Notes under the pieces: generated by a model | Told to the model about the DNA's origin: nothing | The model's database searches: none | What the model saw: the letters and a program-made list of their open reading frames with translations, nothing else | Source of the DNA: Octopus sinensis | Taxonomy: Eukaryota | Length of the DNA stretch: 64,000 nt | NCBI RefSeq assembly: GCF_006345805.1 | Contig: NC_043011.1 | Span: 10,974,001 to 11,038,000 of the forward strand | Direction of reading: 5' to 3' | Position numbers and translations under genes: made by a program | Part shown: positions 36,800 to 50,102 of the stretch, piece by piece | How positions within the stretch are numbered: position 1 is the first letter of the stretch | How the letters are laid out: every line of letters begins with the position of its first letter

Positions 36800-37195
36800 A
36801 GGTGCAGGAGTGGCTGTGTGGTAAGTAGCTTGCTTACCAACCACATGGTTCCGAGTTCACTCCCACTGCGTGGCACCATGGGCAAGTGCCTTTTACTATA
36901 GCCTCGGGCTGACCAAAGCCTTGTGAGTGGATTTGGTAGATGGAAACTGGAAGAAGCCCGTTGTATATATGTATATATATATATATATGTTATGTGTGTC
37001 TGTGTTTGTCGCCCCACCATTGCTTGACAACCGATGGTGGTGTGTTTACGTCTCTGTAACTTAGCGGTTCAGCAAAAGAGACTGTTAGAATAAGTAATAG
37101 GCTTACAAAGAATAAGTCCTGGGGTCGATTTGCTCGACTAAAGACAGTGCTCCAGCATGGCCACAGCCGAATGACCAAAACAAGTAAAAGAGTAT
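36800..37195 (+). mobile_element. SINE family A (inverted relative to 36060-36450)
   Basis: gtgcaggagtggctgtgtggtaag...aacaagtaaaagag. Confidence 0.88.
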
Positions 37196-38249
37196 GTCAG
37201 AGGAAAAGCAATATATTGGAAGAAGTTGATGAAGTCAGATCTCAAGATGTTAGATCTCAAGATGTTAGATCTGGCAGACAAGATTACACACAATCAAAAT
37301 GTAATTGCCCTTTTTTGTCACTGTCTGGAAATCTTTCATCACACATCTGTGATCTCTTCAATGACACTTTCCATCCTCATGTGTGCTGCTTTGCTTTGTC
37401 CATTCTGTTCTTCTGTGATGTGCATCCTTATAAGCACATGCATTTGCATCTGTATGTGCATGCATGTGTCTGTATGTTTTGCATGTGTGCCTATGTGTGT
37501 GTATATATGGGGCTTACACCCTTTATATTGTTGTCATTCTTAGTAACACTATGAACCTCCACTCACCCGTTGCTGCTGCCCTAGTCCCCGACTTTTGGTA
37601 CTGTTCCTATATCTCTCTATGTGTTCGTCCATAATACTGCCATTGTGGTAGTTGTTACTATTGTTGCTGTTGTCATTGTTGATGTTGCAGCTGTTTGTGA
37701 AGTTACTGTATGTTTGTTTGTGTGTATATGGGTTTGCTTCCTATGTTGTTTGTATCTGTGCCCTTTATATAGTTTTTTTGTTTATTTATTTATTGCTATT
37801 CCTTATATTTATCATAGGTATGTGCATATTTTTCTATTGTGTGTTTATTACACTGTTTGTATGTTTTTTTCTCTGCCTTCTCTGTCTTTAGCCGTCGTGT
37901 TGTGTGGCATGGTGGTGATGGATGTTATTGTTTCATTTGTGTTTTCTGTTGTGGCTCAGTCTGTCTATTGCTATGTGTGTAGCCTCTGTAATCTGTCTAA
38001 GTGTCCTGTCAGTTCTATGCATTGATAATACCTTAAACTCTGTTATTAACCAAGCCTCTATGCTCTGCTTGATCATATTGGAAGAGCACTGATGAGCCTT
38101 TCTCTTCTTTGAGCTCCTACTGGTGTTCGCCTATGCTGCATGCTGTCTCTCCAATGTAAGTAGTTGTCTTGTTTCTGTATTCTCCCTCTGTACACCATAA
38201 GCTATATGCTATATTCTTAACCTTACAGTTAACCTGTGGGTTCATCCTA

Positions 38250-38945
38250 CATACTATACAATTGTTCCCCCATACATGGGGACCTATCGAAGGGATAAGT
38301 TCTACAGATCAGGGATTTTATAGGAGCACCAGACCATTCTGTCAAGAAGGCCGAGGGTGTCTTGGCATCACTCAGCAAGACTTTTGTTAGCCGCTCTCCA
38401 GCCATCTATTTAAAACTGTATACAGTTATGGTACGACCACACTTGGAATTCGCATCATCAGTTTGGAACCCCTATCTTGCTCAGAACATTGACCTCCTGG
38501 AATCGGTTCAGAGACGTGCAACCAAACGCATACCCTCCATCAGACACCTACCATATTCTGAGCGCCTTGTTTCCCTGGGCATGGATTCACTGAAGCTCCG
38601 GCGTCTGGCGACGGACTTGGTAAACGCCCACAAAGTTGTCAACCACCTCACCAATAACAACACTGAACACCTTTTTGATCTCCATGTGTCTAACACACGT
38701 GGACATGCCTACAAAGTCAGAAAACAACACAGCTCCCATGACTTTCGGAAACATTTCTTCACGCTCAGAGTTGCTGAAGCATGGAATAAACTGCCTGCGT
38801 CAGCTGTTGACTGCCATGACACTGCATCCTTTAAGGCCCTCATGCTTTCCGAAATCCGTCGAAACTACACCTGATTATATATGCACTTTAGATGAGTTGT
38901 AGTGCACCTGAGCACTGTACACAATGTTTATTATTATTATTATTT
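38250..38945 (+). mobile_element. CR1 LINE 3' fragment
   Basis: LKLYTVMVRPHLEFASSVWNPY...LESVQRRATK...YSERL...RRLATDL...TRGH...FFTLRV..AWNKLP; (ATT)n tail. Confidence 0.92.
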
Positions 38946-38949
38946 TAAT

Positions 38950-40250
38950 CAGTAGATTGGCCTTATCTGGTGTTTTTCTAAAAAAGTATGCTGGCTTGCT
39001 GCCAGGGATAGCATCAACAAACATGACACTGATATTTTTTGTTGTCATACCATGAGTTGGCCCTTGCACTGTTCCATGATTACTCCTGTATAGCGGGCAG
39101 ATCCTCTCTATGATGGCCTTATACTTAGCCCTGGCTCCTTTGTACACTCTAATCCTGTCCCTTTGGTTGTAGCCAGAGAACTGCATGCAGTAGATGAAGT
39201 GGTGTACGTGTCTTTCCAATTCTATATGGTTGCATATGTGGGACACATTCATCATGACTCTCACCAAGTCTGCCATGAGTTTGGTACAATGGGAGTGAAA
39301 GATCTGGACTTTATTTTTCTTGGTTTCCAGTCAGGGTTCTGTGTCTAAAACCAGTAGCCTATAGTCTGGGTGCTTGTTATTTTAATACTCTGGTGGAAGG
39401 AGTTGACTATTCGCTGGATGCTTTCCATAGCATTAGCTTCTAGATCATCAAGATTGTCTTGTTGGGGTGCTTTGGCTATGATATCATCCACATAGCGGGA
39501 GTACATGATAAGGGTCATAGAATTTTCTGTTAATTTCTCCTTGCGTTTCCTATCACACCATACTATAAATAGGTTAGCCACATTGCCAGCAATACTGACA
39601 CTGATGACTGCACCTTCCTCTTGGATGTTTATCTTGTTATTTAACTTAAATATGTGGCCTAGAATGTGATTTTGGTACTTTCACCCACCGCACGTGTGAC
39701 CTTTTTAAACTGATCATTGTTTTTGGTTGTCTGCATAGGTTTGGTCCACCCATTCCATCTCTCTCTAGGAGTATTCTTGGCCATAGAGATTATAGTAGGG
39801 GGTCTACCTTTCATTGACACAGTGGGGCAGAAACAACTAAGGTCATGTTCATCTAAGTAATCTTGTCAGTCTCAGGAGAAAGCCCATTTCTTCTGTGTCA
39901 ACACTATGAAACTCCATGTTGCTCTATAATTAATCACCTCCACATATTTCTCCACAGCAAAACCAACATCAATGGATGGGCATGATGATACTACAACCAT
40001 ACTGCCTATTATGCATCCTATCAGGTCGTAGGCATGGTTGCATTCATTGAAGCTGCTGAGGAGATCTTCTGTGCTGTCACACACATCCAGGGACATTTTG
40101 ATCAGAGGAAGCAGGAGATTCAGTAGTTGTTGGCAACATTGGCTCTGCAGACCTGTCTTGTTGGTGGTCTTGTCACTGGGTCTGTGGTTGCCTGATGGTC
40201 CTTGCAGAGCCCAAACAGTGCCAGGCAGATGGTGTTATTAGTGGCCTTTA
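38950..40250 (-). mobile_element. Decayed Penelope-like RT
   Basis: NIAGNVANLFIVWCDRK...YSRYVDDI and HFIYCMQFSGYNQRDR. Confidence 0.7.
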
Positions 40251-40679
40251 AGTTGTTGGTAATTTAATCATACTGATTCTACCTGAGAATTACATGAAGG
40301 GTATGTGTATCTCAGGAATATTCAGCCACTTGGTATGCTATTTCAATGAGTTGGCTGTCCAGTTTATTAAACAACTAGATGTTCATATACCAAAATTGAC
40401 ATGAGAGTCTAGAATCCATCATATACAGATTTATTATACATATATACATATACACAATCTCTACTGCTAACCATCATTCTAGCCCTGCCTCTTGGCCCCA
40501 TGTGACTTTTACTTGACACCTACAACTCTTACTATCACCACCTCTGTTGCTATCCACCACTCACTGTTATCATTATGATACATCTTTATTGCTATTTCAG
40601 CAAACTACTTATCTATCCTATTACAAACTAACAACAGACCAATGTGTACCTATCTCTATCCCTCCTACCTATTTCTTTA

Positions 40680-40905
40680 CTACCCACAAGGGGCTAAACA
40701 CAGAGAGGGCAAACAAAGACAGACAAACGGATTAAGTCGATTATATCGACCCCAGTGCATAACTGGTACTTAATTTATCGACCCCGAAAGGATGAAAGGC
40801 AAAGTCGGCCTCGGCGGAATTTGAACTCAAAACGTAACAGGAGACGAAATACGGCTATGCATTTCGCCCGGCGTGCTAACGTTTCTGCCAGCTCACCGCC
40901 TTGAG
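40680..40905 (-). mobile_element. SINE family B
   Basis: Reverse complement of the family B consensus. Confidence 0.9.
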
Positions 40906-41149
40906 CTCACCTCCTACCATCCCACTACACTCATATTCATACTCTTGGTCACCTGAAAAATATAAAGACCACATAGAGAAGAGAAGAGAGGAGTCCTTAT
41001 TCTCATAAGGTACACAGCAACCTTTGCAATGTCAATGATATGATGCATCCAGTGCACTTTTAAAATGGTTAGTATTCAAAGACAATGTAGGGTTGAGAGG
41101 ATTTTTTGGTTGCATCAAGAAAATGACAACCTCTAATTGCTGATACCAT

Positions 41150-41425
41150 GATAATATCGCTGGTCACAATGCGCTTCGCATTGTTTTAGCCTTTTAAATG
41201 ACGCCACCCTGCTGGCTAAGTGAGCAGGCCAACAGAAGAAAGAGTGAGAGAAAGTTGTGGCGAAAGAGTACAGCAGGGATCGCCAACACCCCCTACCAGA
41301 GCCTCATGGAGCTTTAGGTGTTTTCGCTCAATAAACACTCACAACGCCCAGTCTTGGAATCGAAACTGCGATCCTACGACCGCGAGTCCGCTGCCCTAAC
41401 CACTGGGCTATTGTGCCTCCACAAC
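41150..41425 (-). mobile_element. tRNA-derived SINE, fourth family
   Basis: Minus strand ggaggcacaatagcccagtggttagggcagcggactcgcggtcgtaggatcgcagtttcgattcc (A and B boxes). Confidence 0.75.
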
Positions 41426-41630
41426 CATGATAATATAAGCCCAGTAAACTCCATAATGTGACTGGTGTTAGAAATACTATCTGATTATAACAACCATGCC
41501 AGAAATGGAATGTATCACCTTAACATGGTCTTCTGATCTATCCAACCCATAGCAACATGGAAAATATACGGTGATGATAATGACAAACAAATGAAACAAA
41601 AATGAAATAAGAAATGGAAAAACAAATTAC

Positions 41631-41786
41631 CTGGCTTTTAGCTCGAATTCGCACATGACCCTGTACTGGTGCATCATTACTAAGATGAGCTGGCTTCTCT
41701 ATGCTGAGGTTGGCTAGGACATCTTCTCCGAAAATAGACCGGGCATACATGTTGGCTGCCATAAAACCACATTCTCCAGAAAGTGC
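41631..41786 (-). CDS. COPB1: Coatomer subunit beta exon
   Basis: ttAG|[32 protein letters not shown]...[10 protein letters not shown]|gtaatt; 156 nt. Confidence 0.96.
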
Positions 41787-41842
41787 CTAACAATGAGCAA
41801 CAAATAGTTACCATTAGTTGAAGTATGTAGGAATGGTATATC

Positions 41843-42335
41843 TTAACCCTTTTGATACCAACCCTTCCAAAACCGCCGCTGGCTCTGTAATATAAATGTC
41901 TTGTTTTCATAAGTTTTGAATTAAAATCTTCCACCAAACCTTAGTCACAATTTATGCTCCCAACACTAGCTTAATGATAACTAAGTTATTTTACTAAATT
42001 CTTTGTTATATTTAAAATTAATTGAATGAAACACAGAGCATCTCAAAATATATACGGTAATGAAAGGGTTAAATACAGTAATGAAAAGGTTAAAATATAT
42101 AATAGAGAAACAATTCTTAACCCTTTTGATACCAACCCAGCTGAAACCACCTCTGGCTCTGTAGTACAAATGTCTTGTTTTCATAAGTTTTGAATTCAAA
42201 TCTACCACCAAACCTTAGTCAGAATTTACATTCCTAACACTAGCTGAAGTTATTTTACTAAATTCTTTGTTATATCTAAAGTAATTGAAAGAAACACAGA
42301 GCATCTCAAAATATATACGGTAATGAAAGGGTTAA
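41843..42335 (-). mobile_element. Tandem dimer of the same TTAA-MITE as 8966-9977, in inverted orientation
   Basis: Copies at 41847-42068 and 42121-42331, an extra terminal duplication at 42073-42093, spacer at 42094-42116. Confidence 0.88.
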
Positions 42336-42507
42336 GCCAAGCTGAACTTTGGTTCAATACCTGTACATCCCACTATATCCTATCATTAGACCACATCACA
42401 ATATACACAATATACCATAGTAGTAGACTACACCTTACATTCAATCTCATCAGACAATAAACCAAAACAACAACAGCAGACAATAAAACAAAAACAACTG
42501 ATGTTAC

Positions 42508-42743
42508 CTTTTCAGGAGTAAGACACTTCATGTTAGTGGAGCTCATCACGTGGTTTAAATACTCATGGAGTTCTGAGATATTGGTGTTGACCACAACTTT
42601 ATTCTCCCATTCAAACTCAGCCCACATCTGTCGGAACTCTGTGTCGGTACAACTAGCTGGTACTATATAGTCCATAATGTCGATGTGAATATCATTTAAT
42701 ACAACACAATTTCTGTCACTTGCCGCTCCGGTCACATCATAGA
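42508..42743 (-). CDS. COPB1: Coatomer subunit beta exon
   Basis: tttcAG|(V)[47 protein letters not shown]...MKCLTPEK|gtaac; 236 nt. Confidence 0.96.
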
Positions 42744-42902
42744 CTGAAATTGAGAAACAAAGTTTAATATAGAATATTGACATCAGACCACACTTAAGGA
42801 TAAAATGTTAGATTACTTACAAGTAGGTTGGGATTTTAAATCCATGGTTAACCATGGTATTACTTCAGTTCAGCAAGCTGGTGGATACAGATTCTGAATA
42901 CT

Positions 42903-43295
42903 CTCTCTTTTACTTGTTTCAGTCATTTGACTGCGGCCATGCTGGAGTACCGCCTTTAGTCGAGCAAATCGACCCCCGGGACTTATTCTTTGTAAGCCCA
43001 GTACTTATTCTATCGGTTTCTTTTGCCGAACTGCTAAGTGACGGGGACGTAAACACACCAGCATCAGTTGTCAAGCAATGCTAGGGGGACAAACACAGAC
43101 ACACAAACATATACACACACATATATATATACATATATACGACAGGCTTCTTTCAGTTTCCGTCTACCAAATCCACTCACAAGGCATTGGTCGGCCCGGG
43201 GCTATAGCAGAAGACACTTGCCCAAGATGCCACGCAGTGGGACTGAACTCGGAATCATGTGGTTGGTTAGCAAGCTACGTACCACACAGCCACTC
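42903..43295 (-). mobile_element. SINE family A
   Basis: Full-length copy. Confidence 0.9.
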
Positions 43296-43424
43296 CTGCG
43301 CCTCATTCTTATTTTAATCATTCTTATTTTACTTTTTATAAGTTAGTTAGTGGGGAAGAGAGTAGTGCCTATAAAGCATGATGTAGTGACCACAACACCT
43401 ACATAACGGAATTCATAGAATGGA

Positions 43425-43580
43425 GTTCAAATTCCGCCGAGGTCGACTTTACCTTTCATCCTTTCGGGGTCGATAAATTAAGTACCAGTTACGCACTGGG
43501 GTTGATGTAATCGACTTAATACCTATGTCTGTCCTTGTTTGTGCCTTCTATGTTTAGCCCCTTGTGGGTAATAAAGAAAT
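43425..43580 (+). mobile_element. SINE family B, 5'-truncated
   Basis: gagttcaaattccgccgaggtcgac...aataaagaaata. Confidence 0.85.
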
Positions 43581-45081
43581 AGGTGTTAGCAAAGAAAAGA
43601 AAACAAATCTGCTGAAAAGAGTTTAGCCCCCAAGGACATTCATGCTGACATGGTTGCTATATTAGGGGATGATGCTCCAGTTTTATCAATAGTACAATAG
43701 GGAGTAGCTGAATTTAGGAAGGGAAGGGAGCGTCTTGAAGATGACCTAAGGTCTGGACATCTTGCAACTGCCACCATAAAGGAAAACATTGACTGTGATC
43801 ACCACATGGTGATGGATGACAGGTGATTGACCATAAATTAAATAGCCAATGTTCTCTCTTTACTCTTTTACTTGTTTCAGTCATTTGACTGCGGCCATGC
43901 TGGAGCACCGCCTTTAGTCGAGCAACTCAACCCCGGGACTTATTCTTTTGTAAGCTCAGATCGGTTTCTTTTGCCGAACCGCTAAGTGACGGGGACGTAA
44001 ACACACCAGCATCGGTTGTCAAGCAATGTTAGGGGGACAAACACAGACACACAAACATATACACACACATACATATATATTTATACATATATACGACAGG
44101 CTTCTTTCAGTTTCCGTCTACCAAATCCACTCACAAGGCATTGGTCGGCCTGGGGCTATAGCAGAAGACACTTGCCCAAGATGCCACGCAGTGGGACTGA
44201 ACCCGGAACCATGTAGTTGGTAAGCAAGCTACTTACCACAGCCACTGCTGTTAACATATTCCATGAGAGTTGAGGATATTCTGCACAATGAACTTAGCAT
44301 GACAAAGGTTTCTGCTTGGTGAGTGCCATGTCTTCCGACACCTCTTCAGAAGCACACCAAGCTGATCACATCATGAGAAAATCTGACATTGTTTGAGGCA
44401 GATCCAGCTGGTTTCTGTGAACGTTTCCTAACTCAGGAAGAGTGTTGGATTCGTCGCTTTGGGCAGGAGACAAAGAGAAAATCCATGCGGTGGAAACACC
44501 TCTCCTCATCTACTCCAAAGAAGGCCAACGTTGTTTTATCTGCACAGAAGCTGATTTCCTCAGATTTTTGAGATGCAAAAGGCATTGTGTTCATTGACTT
44601 ATCTTCAAAGGGGTCACACTATCAACAGAAAGTACTATGCCAACTTGCTGAGGCAGGTATGAAAAGCTATCCAGACCAAATGCCCAGGAAAACTGATGAA
44701 AGGGTCTTCTTTCATTAGGACAATGGTCCAGCACACAAGTTCTTGGTTTCAATGGCTGTTGTGTATGACTGCCTTTGAACTGGTTGATCACCCTCTCTAT
44801 TTTCCTGATTTGGCCACATTTGACTATCATCTTTTCCCAACATGAACAATAAACACTTGGCTGGGGACCAGTATAGTAGTGATGATGACAGCATATCTGC
44901 TGTTAATGACTTTTTTGATCAACAGAATGAAAGCTTCTTCACCAATAGAATCCAGGTGCTGCAACACTATGGAAGGAGTGTGTGGATTGTAAAAGGAATT
45001 ATGTCAAAAACTAAACCTCATTTGATCACATTCCATGAGAGTAACTTGGGGAGCATATGAACTTTTCGGCTGACCCTCATA
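43581..45081 (+). mobile_element. Decayed mariner (left end missing) split by a SINE
   Basis: Remnants EDDLRSGHLAT, KVSAWWVP, FLTQEECWI, QDNGPAH and PLYFPDLATFD; right TIR acttttcggctgaccctca-TA. Confidence 0.8.
43855..44250 (-). mobile_element. SINE family A nested in the mariner relic
   Basis: Full-length copy. Confidence 0.9.
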
Positions 45082-45429
45082 GTACATTCTGTAAAGTGGT
45101 TGATAAATCAAGCAGAGACAAAACAGGGTTTGACAGTACTTTTTAATTGTGCCAATGATATAGAAAAAATGCACTCGGTGCACTTCGTAAAACAGTTGTT
45201 GGGAAGGGCATAACTGAGGCACTGTGGCAAGACATGGTTTTCTGACCAATCATATTTGCTGAACCGTGCAACCCACACCAGAATGGAAAGCAAATGTAAA
45301 ATGATGATGATGATGACAATGACACTAAAGTTGCCTTGTACATGTGAAGTATCTGACCATCACTGTTTCCCTATTCCACAAGAATAATTTCAAATAGCAG
45401 TCTGAGCAAAGGATGTCTAAGAAGACTTA

Positions 45430-45835
45430 CTCTTTACTCTTAACTCTTTACTTGTTTCGGTCATTTGACTGCGGCCATGCTGGAGCACCGCCTTTAGTCG
45501 AGCAAATCGACCCCGGGACTTATTCTTTGTAAGCCTAGTACTTATTCTATCGGTCCCTTTTGCCGAACCGCTAAGTTACGGGGACGTAAACACACCACCA
45601 TCAGTTGTCAAGCGATGGCGGGGGGACAAACACAAACATACACACACACACATATATATACATATACATATATACGACGGGCTTCTTTCAGGTTCCGTCC
45701 ACCAAATCCACTCACAAGGCTTTGGTCGGCCCGAGGCTATAGTAGAAGACACTTGCCCAAGGTGCCACGCAGTGGGAATGAACCCGGAACCATGTGGTTG
45801 GTAAGTATGCTACTTACCACACAGCCACTCCTGCA
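45430..45835 (-). mobile_element. SINE family A
   Basis: Full-length copy. Confidence 0.9.
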
Positions 45836-45991
45836 CCTTCTTTGGAGCAGATGAGGAGAGGTGTTTCCACTGCATAGATTGCCTCTTGTTAAGCAAAAAC
45901 TAAGAAGTAGTGATATACTGTACGTAAATCCTATCCATACTTATTTGGAAATATGAGTACTGAAGGGAGGCGGAATAGAACTTTTACATAC

Positions 45992-46111
45992 CAATGTTAC
46001 CAAAAATGATGCCATTCTCTGTAGAAGCAACTTTCACATTGCCCTTTATGTTACAAAAATCGTGAGGGGCCATGGTCACTGGCTGTGGCTTCTCAACCAG
46101 TTTCAAGTCAC
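45992..46111 (-). CDS. COPB1: Coatomer subunit beta exon (missed by the ORF track)
   Basis: ttgcAG|(G)[40 protein letters not shown]|gtatgt; 120 nt, phase 1/1. Confidence 0.95.
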
Positions 46112-46627
46112 CTGCAAAAGTGGAAGGAAGAGGAAGTGGTTAACATCTTGGTTTATGGAATGAAAGAAGAGAAGATAAAAGCAGTAGGACATAAGACAGA
46201 AATAGACAGACTTTTGGGTCACATATAGAAATAGGGATAGAAGAACGATATAAGAGAAGTGGAACAGAGAGAGAAAATCATGATTAGAATGAAAATACAT
46301 AGAAGAAATATACAGTGGCAGACTGGCCAGGTTGCCAGCTTGTCCGATGGCAAGTGGGCCCCTGTGCCATTAGAATCCATATATGGGGGCCCATCCCCTC
46401 AAGTTTGAGAATTTTTTTATTCACTCCTGGAAGAATGCATTAATTATTTCAGCCTGGCTGTGTTTGTAGACAGTTGAAAAGAATACTTTTAACAAAAAAA
46501 AAAAATTAAATGATAGCATTGTAGATGCAGGTGGGGCCCCCTTAGTCTCCTGGCAACCAATATTTTTAGACCCAGTTTACCACTGGAAATATATATATAG
46601 AATCAAAGATGAGAGAGGAAGACGTAC

Positions 46628-46772
46628 CAAGTGTGGCAAGTTCTAAAGTTAAATTCTGAAGTGTGTCAGCAGTCTGGTTGACAACTAGCACGTCTAGTAC
46701 TATGTCATACTGGTTCACATTAACGTAGGCTTCAGCATAAACTGGGTCAGAAAATCCTGTCAGCTGTGTCAC
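46628..46772 (-). CDS. COPB1: Coatomer subunit beta exon
   Basis: tttcAG|[49 protein letters not shown]|gtacgt; 145 nt. Confidence 0.97.
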
Positions 46773-46959
46773 CTGAAATATCATTATAATACATGCATCC
46801 TTATAAATACACACTGATTTCATAGAAAATAAAATAAACACACACACACACTACTATGTACAAAATAATAACAATAAAACATTAACTGAAGTTTGGTATT
46901 TTGTTGTTATCTAATTTTTAGTCCAGTATCTAATTTCTATATTAATTTAAATATTTATA

Positions 46960-47325
46960 TTGATATGCACCATCCGATTGTGGCCGTTGCCAGCCTCGTC
47001 AGGCCCCGTGCCGGTGGCACATAAAAAGCACCATCCAATTGTGGTCATTGCCAGCCTCGTCTGGCCCCGTGCCGGTGGCACATGAAAAGCACCATCCGAT
47101 CGTGGCCGTTTGCCAGCCTCGTCTGGCACCTGTGCAGGTGGCACGTAAAAAGCACCCACTACACTCACGGAGTGGTTGGCGTTAGGAAAGGCATCCAGCT
47201 GTAGAAACACTGCCAGATCAGACTGGAGCCTGGTGCAGCCTTCTAGCTGCCCATATTCCCAGTCGAACTGTCCAACCCATTCTAGCATGGAAAACGGACG
47301 TTAAACGATGATGATGATGATGACG
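46960..47325 (+). mobile_element. RTE 3' UTR repeat with three tandem ~60-nt subunits and (GAT)n tail
   Basis: gtgc(c/a)ggtggcac at about 47009, 47069 and 47131. Confidence 0.85.
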
Positions 47326-47586
47326 GTTTGATTAGTAGATTCCCATCATTAGATGTCGTACTCTAGAATATAAACATACTAAAATAGATTTGAACTAAGT
47401 ATCTTTATTTCTAAACAAAAGGTAGTAATATTCTTGACCATTATGCTATGACATGCTACATATATGTCTATGTGTAGCACAATGTACATGTCGTATAATG
47501 TTCAGGAATAAGATATCTTACGATGGTCAAAGATTAAAGTAGTCAAAATGTGGTGTAGATGTAAATAATGAAAAAAAATATTAATA

Positions 47587-47985
47587 CTCTTTTACTTGTT
47601 TCAGTCACTTGACTGCAGCCATGCTGGAGCATCGCCTTTAATCGAGCAACTCGACCCTGGGACTTATTCTTTTGTAAGCCCAGTACTTATTCTATCGGTC
47701 TCTTTTGCCGAACCGCTAAGTAACGGGGACATAAACACACCAGCATCGGTTGTCAAGCAATGCTAGGGGGACAAACACAGACACACAAACACACACACGC
47801 ATATATATATATACATATATACGATGGGCTTCTTTCAGTTTCCGTCTACCAAATCCACTCACAAGGCTTTGGTCGGCCCGAGGCTATAGTAGAAGACACT
47901 TGCCCAAGGTGCCACGCAGTGGGACTGAACCCGGAACCATGTGGTTGGTAAACAAGCTACTTACCACACAGCCACTCCTGTGCCT
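47587..47985 (-). mobile_element. SINE family A
   Basis: Full-length copy. Confidence 0.9.
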
Positions 47986-48204
47986 AGTACAAAAAAATTA
48001 TAACTATATTCATAATTTAATAATAGAAGTAATTTGCTACAGCCTCCCTCTGGTATTTTTATTTTAAAGTCATTTTCTCTTACCAAACAATACCGTAGAG
48101 AGCAGTTTGATCTATTCTTTGTTTTGGTATGTTCAGGTGCTCGTCAGCAGCACAAGTCTACCACACTTAATATTTGCTTATTACCTCAGTACTAGTTTCT
48201 TATT

Positions 48205-48435
48205 TCTTTATTGCCCACAAGGGGCTAAACATAGAGGGGACAAACAAGGACAGACAAAGAAATTAGATCGATTACATTGACCCCAGTGTGTAACTGGTAC
48301 TTAATTTATCGACCCCTGAAAGGATGAAAGGCAAAGTCGACCTCGGCGGAATTTGAACTCAGAACGTAACAGCAGACGAAATACCGATAAGCATTTCGCC
48401 TGGCGTCCTAACAATTCTGCCAGCTCGCCGCCTTT
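48205..48435 (-). mobile_element. SINE family B
   Basis: Full-length copy. Confidence 0.88.
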
Positions 48436-49189
48436 ACTAGTTTCTGTCTTATAGGAATACCTCATAAAGGAATGCACCATTGTGTCCTGACCAATGCCAT
48501 AAGTGTTAACCTAAATTCCAACAGGAGGAATTTGGATTGTGCCCTGTAAGCTAAAAAAAATCACTCAACTTGATCAATGAGTTGCCCCTACACTGCAATA
48601 TTTAGATTTGACCATTTAAGAGTTAAGAATTCATGGAACCCCCACTGCAGAGCAGAGAACAGGAAACACACCACTGAACACTTAGATTATTGTCCACTCC
48701 TGTATGCCACCTAATTACTTAATAAATCAAAATTCTCATTATGCTATTTACAAGAACTATAAGTACACATTCAACAGAATGATAACTACCTTAAATAAAT
48801 AATATAAAGCTATATACCAGAGGCATCTTATGTACTATATTGCACTATAACTACTTCTTTTACCAACATCATATAACTACATGATAGCTAGAGCTATTTA
48901 GTGTCTAAATATACTTAAGTTATCATCTACACCAGGACTAGGCTATAGATATCCCATGTTTTGGAACTGTAATAATGATTAGATTCTATTCTACGGCTTT
49001 TACTACACTTTTAATCAGAATTATACTGTGTTACATACTGAAACAACCTAATTCTCTACAACTGTATTCTTAATTCAAAACTCACTGCAATTGCACTCCC
49101 TAAGTACTCTATATAGTGCACTTGTATTTTAACTACCTTATTACATATTTTATACCAGTAATTTTAATTTTACTATATATATTTCTTTA

Positions 49190-49400
49190 CTACCCATAAG
49201 GGGCTAACCACAGAGAGGACAAACAGGGACAGACAAACGGATTAAGTCGATTACATTGACTCCAGTGTGTAACTGGTACTTTATTTATCGACCCCCGAAA
49301 GGATGAAAGGCAAAGTCAACATCGGCGGAATTTGAACTCAGAACGTAACGGCTACGCATTTCGCCTGGCGTGCTAACATTTTTGCCAGCTCGCCGCCTTT
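49190..49400 (-). mobile_element. SINE family B
   Basis: Copy with an internal deletion. Confidence 0.85.
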
Positions 49401-50015
49401 TTACTATATAATATACTTTTATAATTTTACCATATAATATACTACATATACTACCCTATACAACTAAACTCTAACTTCTCCATACCACACTACATTAAAC
49501 AATATTACTATACTAATATACTACACCATATTATCCTACATAATACTATATTATTAGGATTACATTATTAGACCAATATTTTACATCATATCAGTAAATG
49601 AAGGAGCTTCTATATGGTTGCTCAACTTGTAAGAAATAGCAGTCAAATTTCTTCAGACACCATTTCTTAAAAATTGGAGAACACAGTGGATAATGTGGTC
49701 ATGAGCATAGCTAACTTGGGCTAAACAACAATGACACTTAACAATATCCTATGTACATACCATTACAAAAACACTAAAATATAATACTTCCAACATCATA
49801 ATTGCTAAAATTGCTTACATCAATACTAATTCTGCCATACACTACAAACACAAGAACATGGTAACTGTCATAGAAATATGTTGACATAGTCTAACACTAC
49901 TGTCAGCACACACAAATTAGGCCCAGGAATGTCTGTTACCATTCTATCATTAGGGTGTTGTAAATAAAGATTTCATATCATGTATAGGAAATAAATAAGT
50001 AACAAGTAAATATAC

Positions 50016-50102
50016 CTTATTCAACTTTGATGATCCAATATTGTCAGTGTCCTTTTTGCCAGAAGTACCAAGAGCTTGTGACAAAGTTAATTCAAACATA
50101 TT
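50016..50102 (-). CDS. COPB1: Coatomer subunit beta exon
   Basis: ttccAG|NMFELTLSQALGTSGKKDTDNIGSSKLNK|gtatat; 87 nt. Confidence 0.92.

Noticed and set aside
43068-43346. Recurrent 60-105 aa ORFs such as MSSNARGTNTDTQT... and MLQHGRSQMTETSKR... found many times in the track
   Set aside because: They are reading frames through SINE family A copies, not a gene family.
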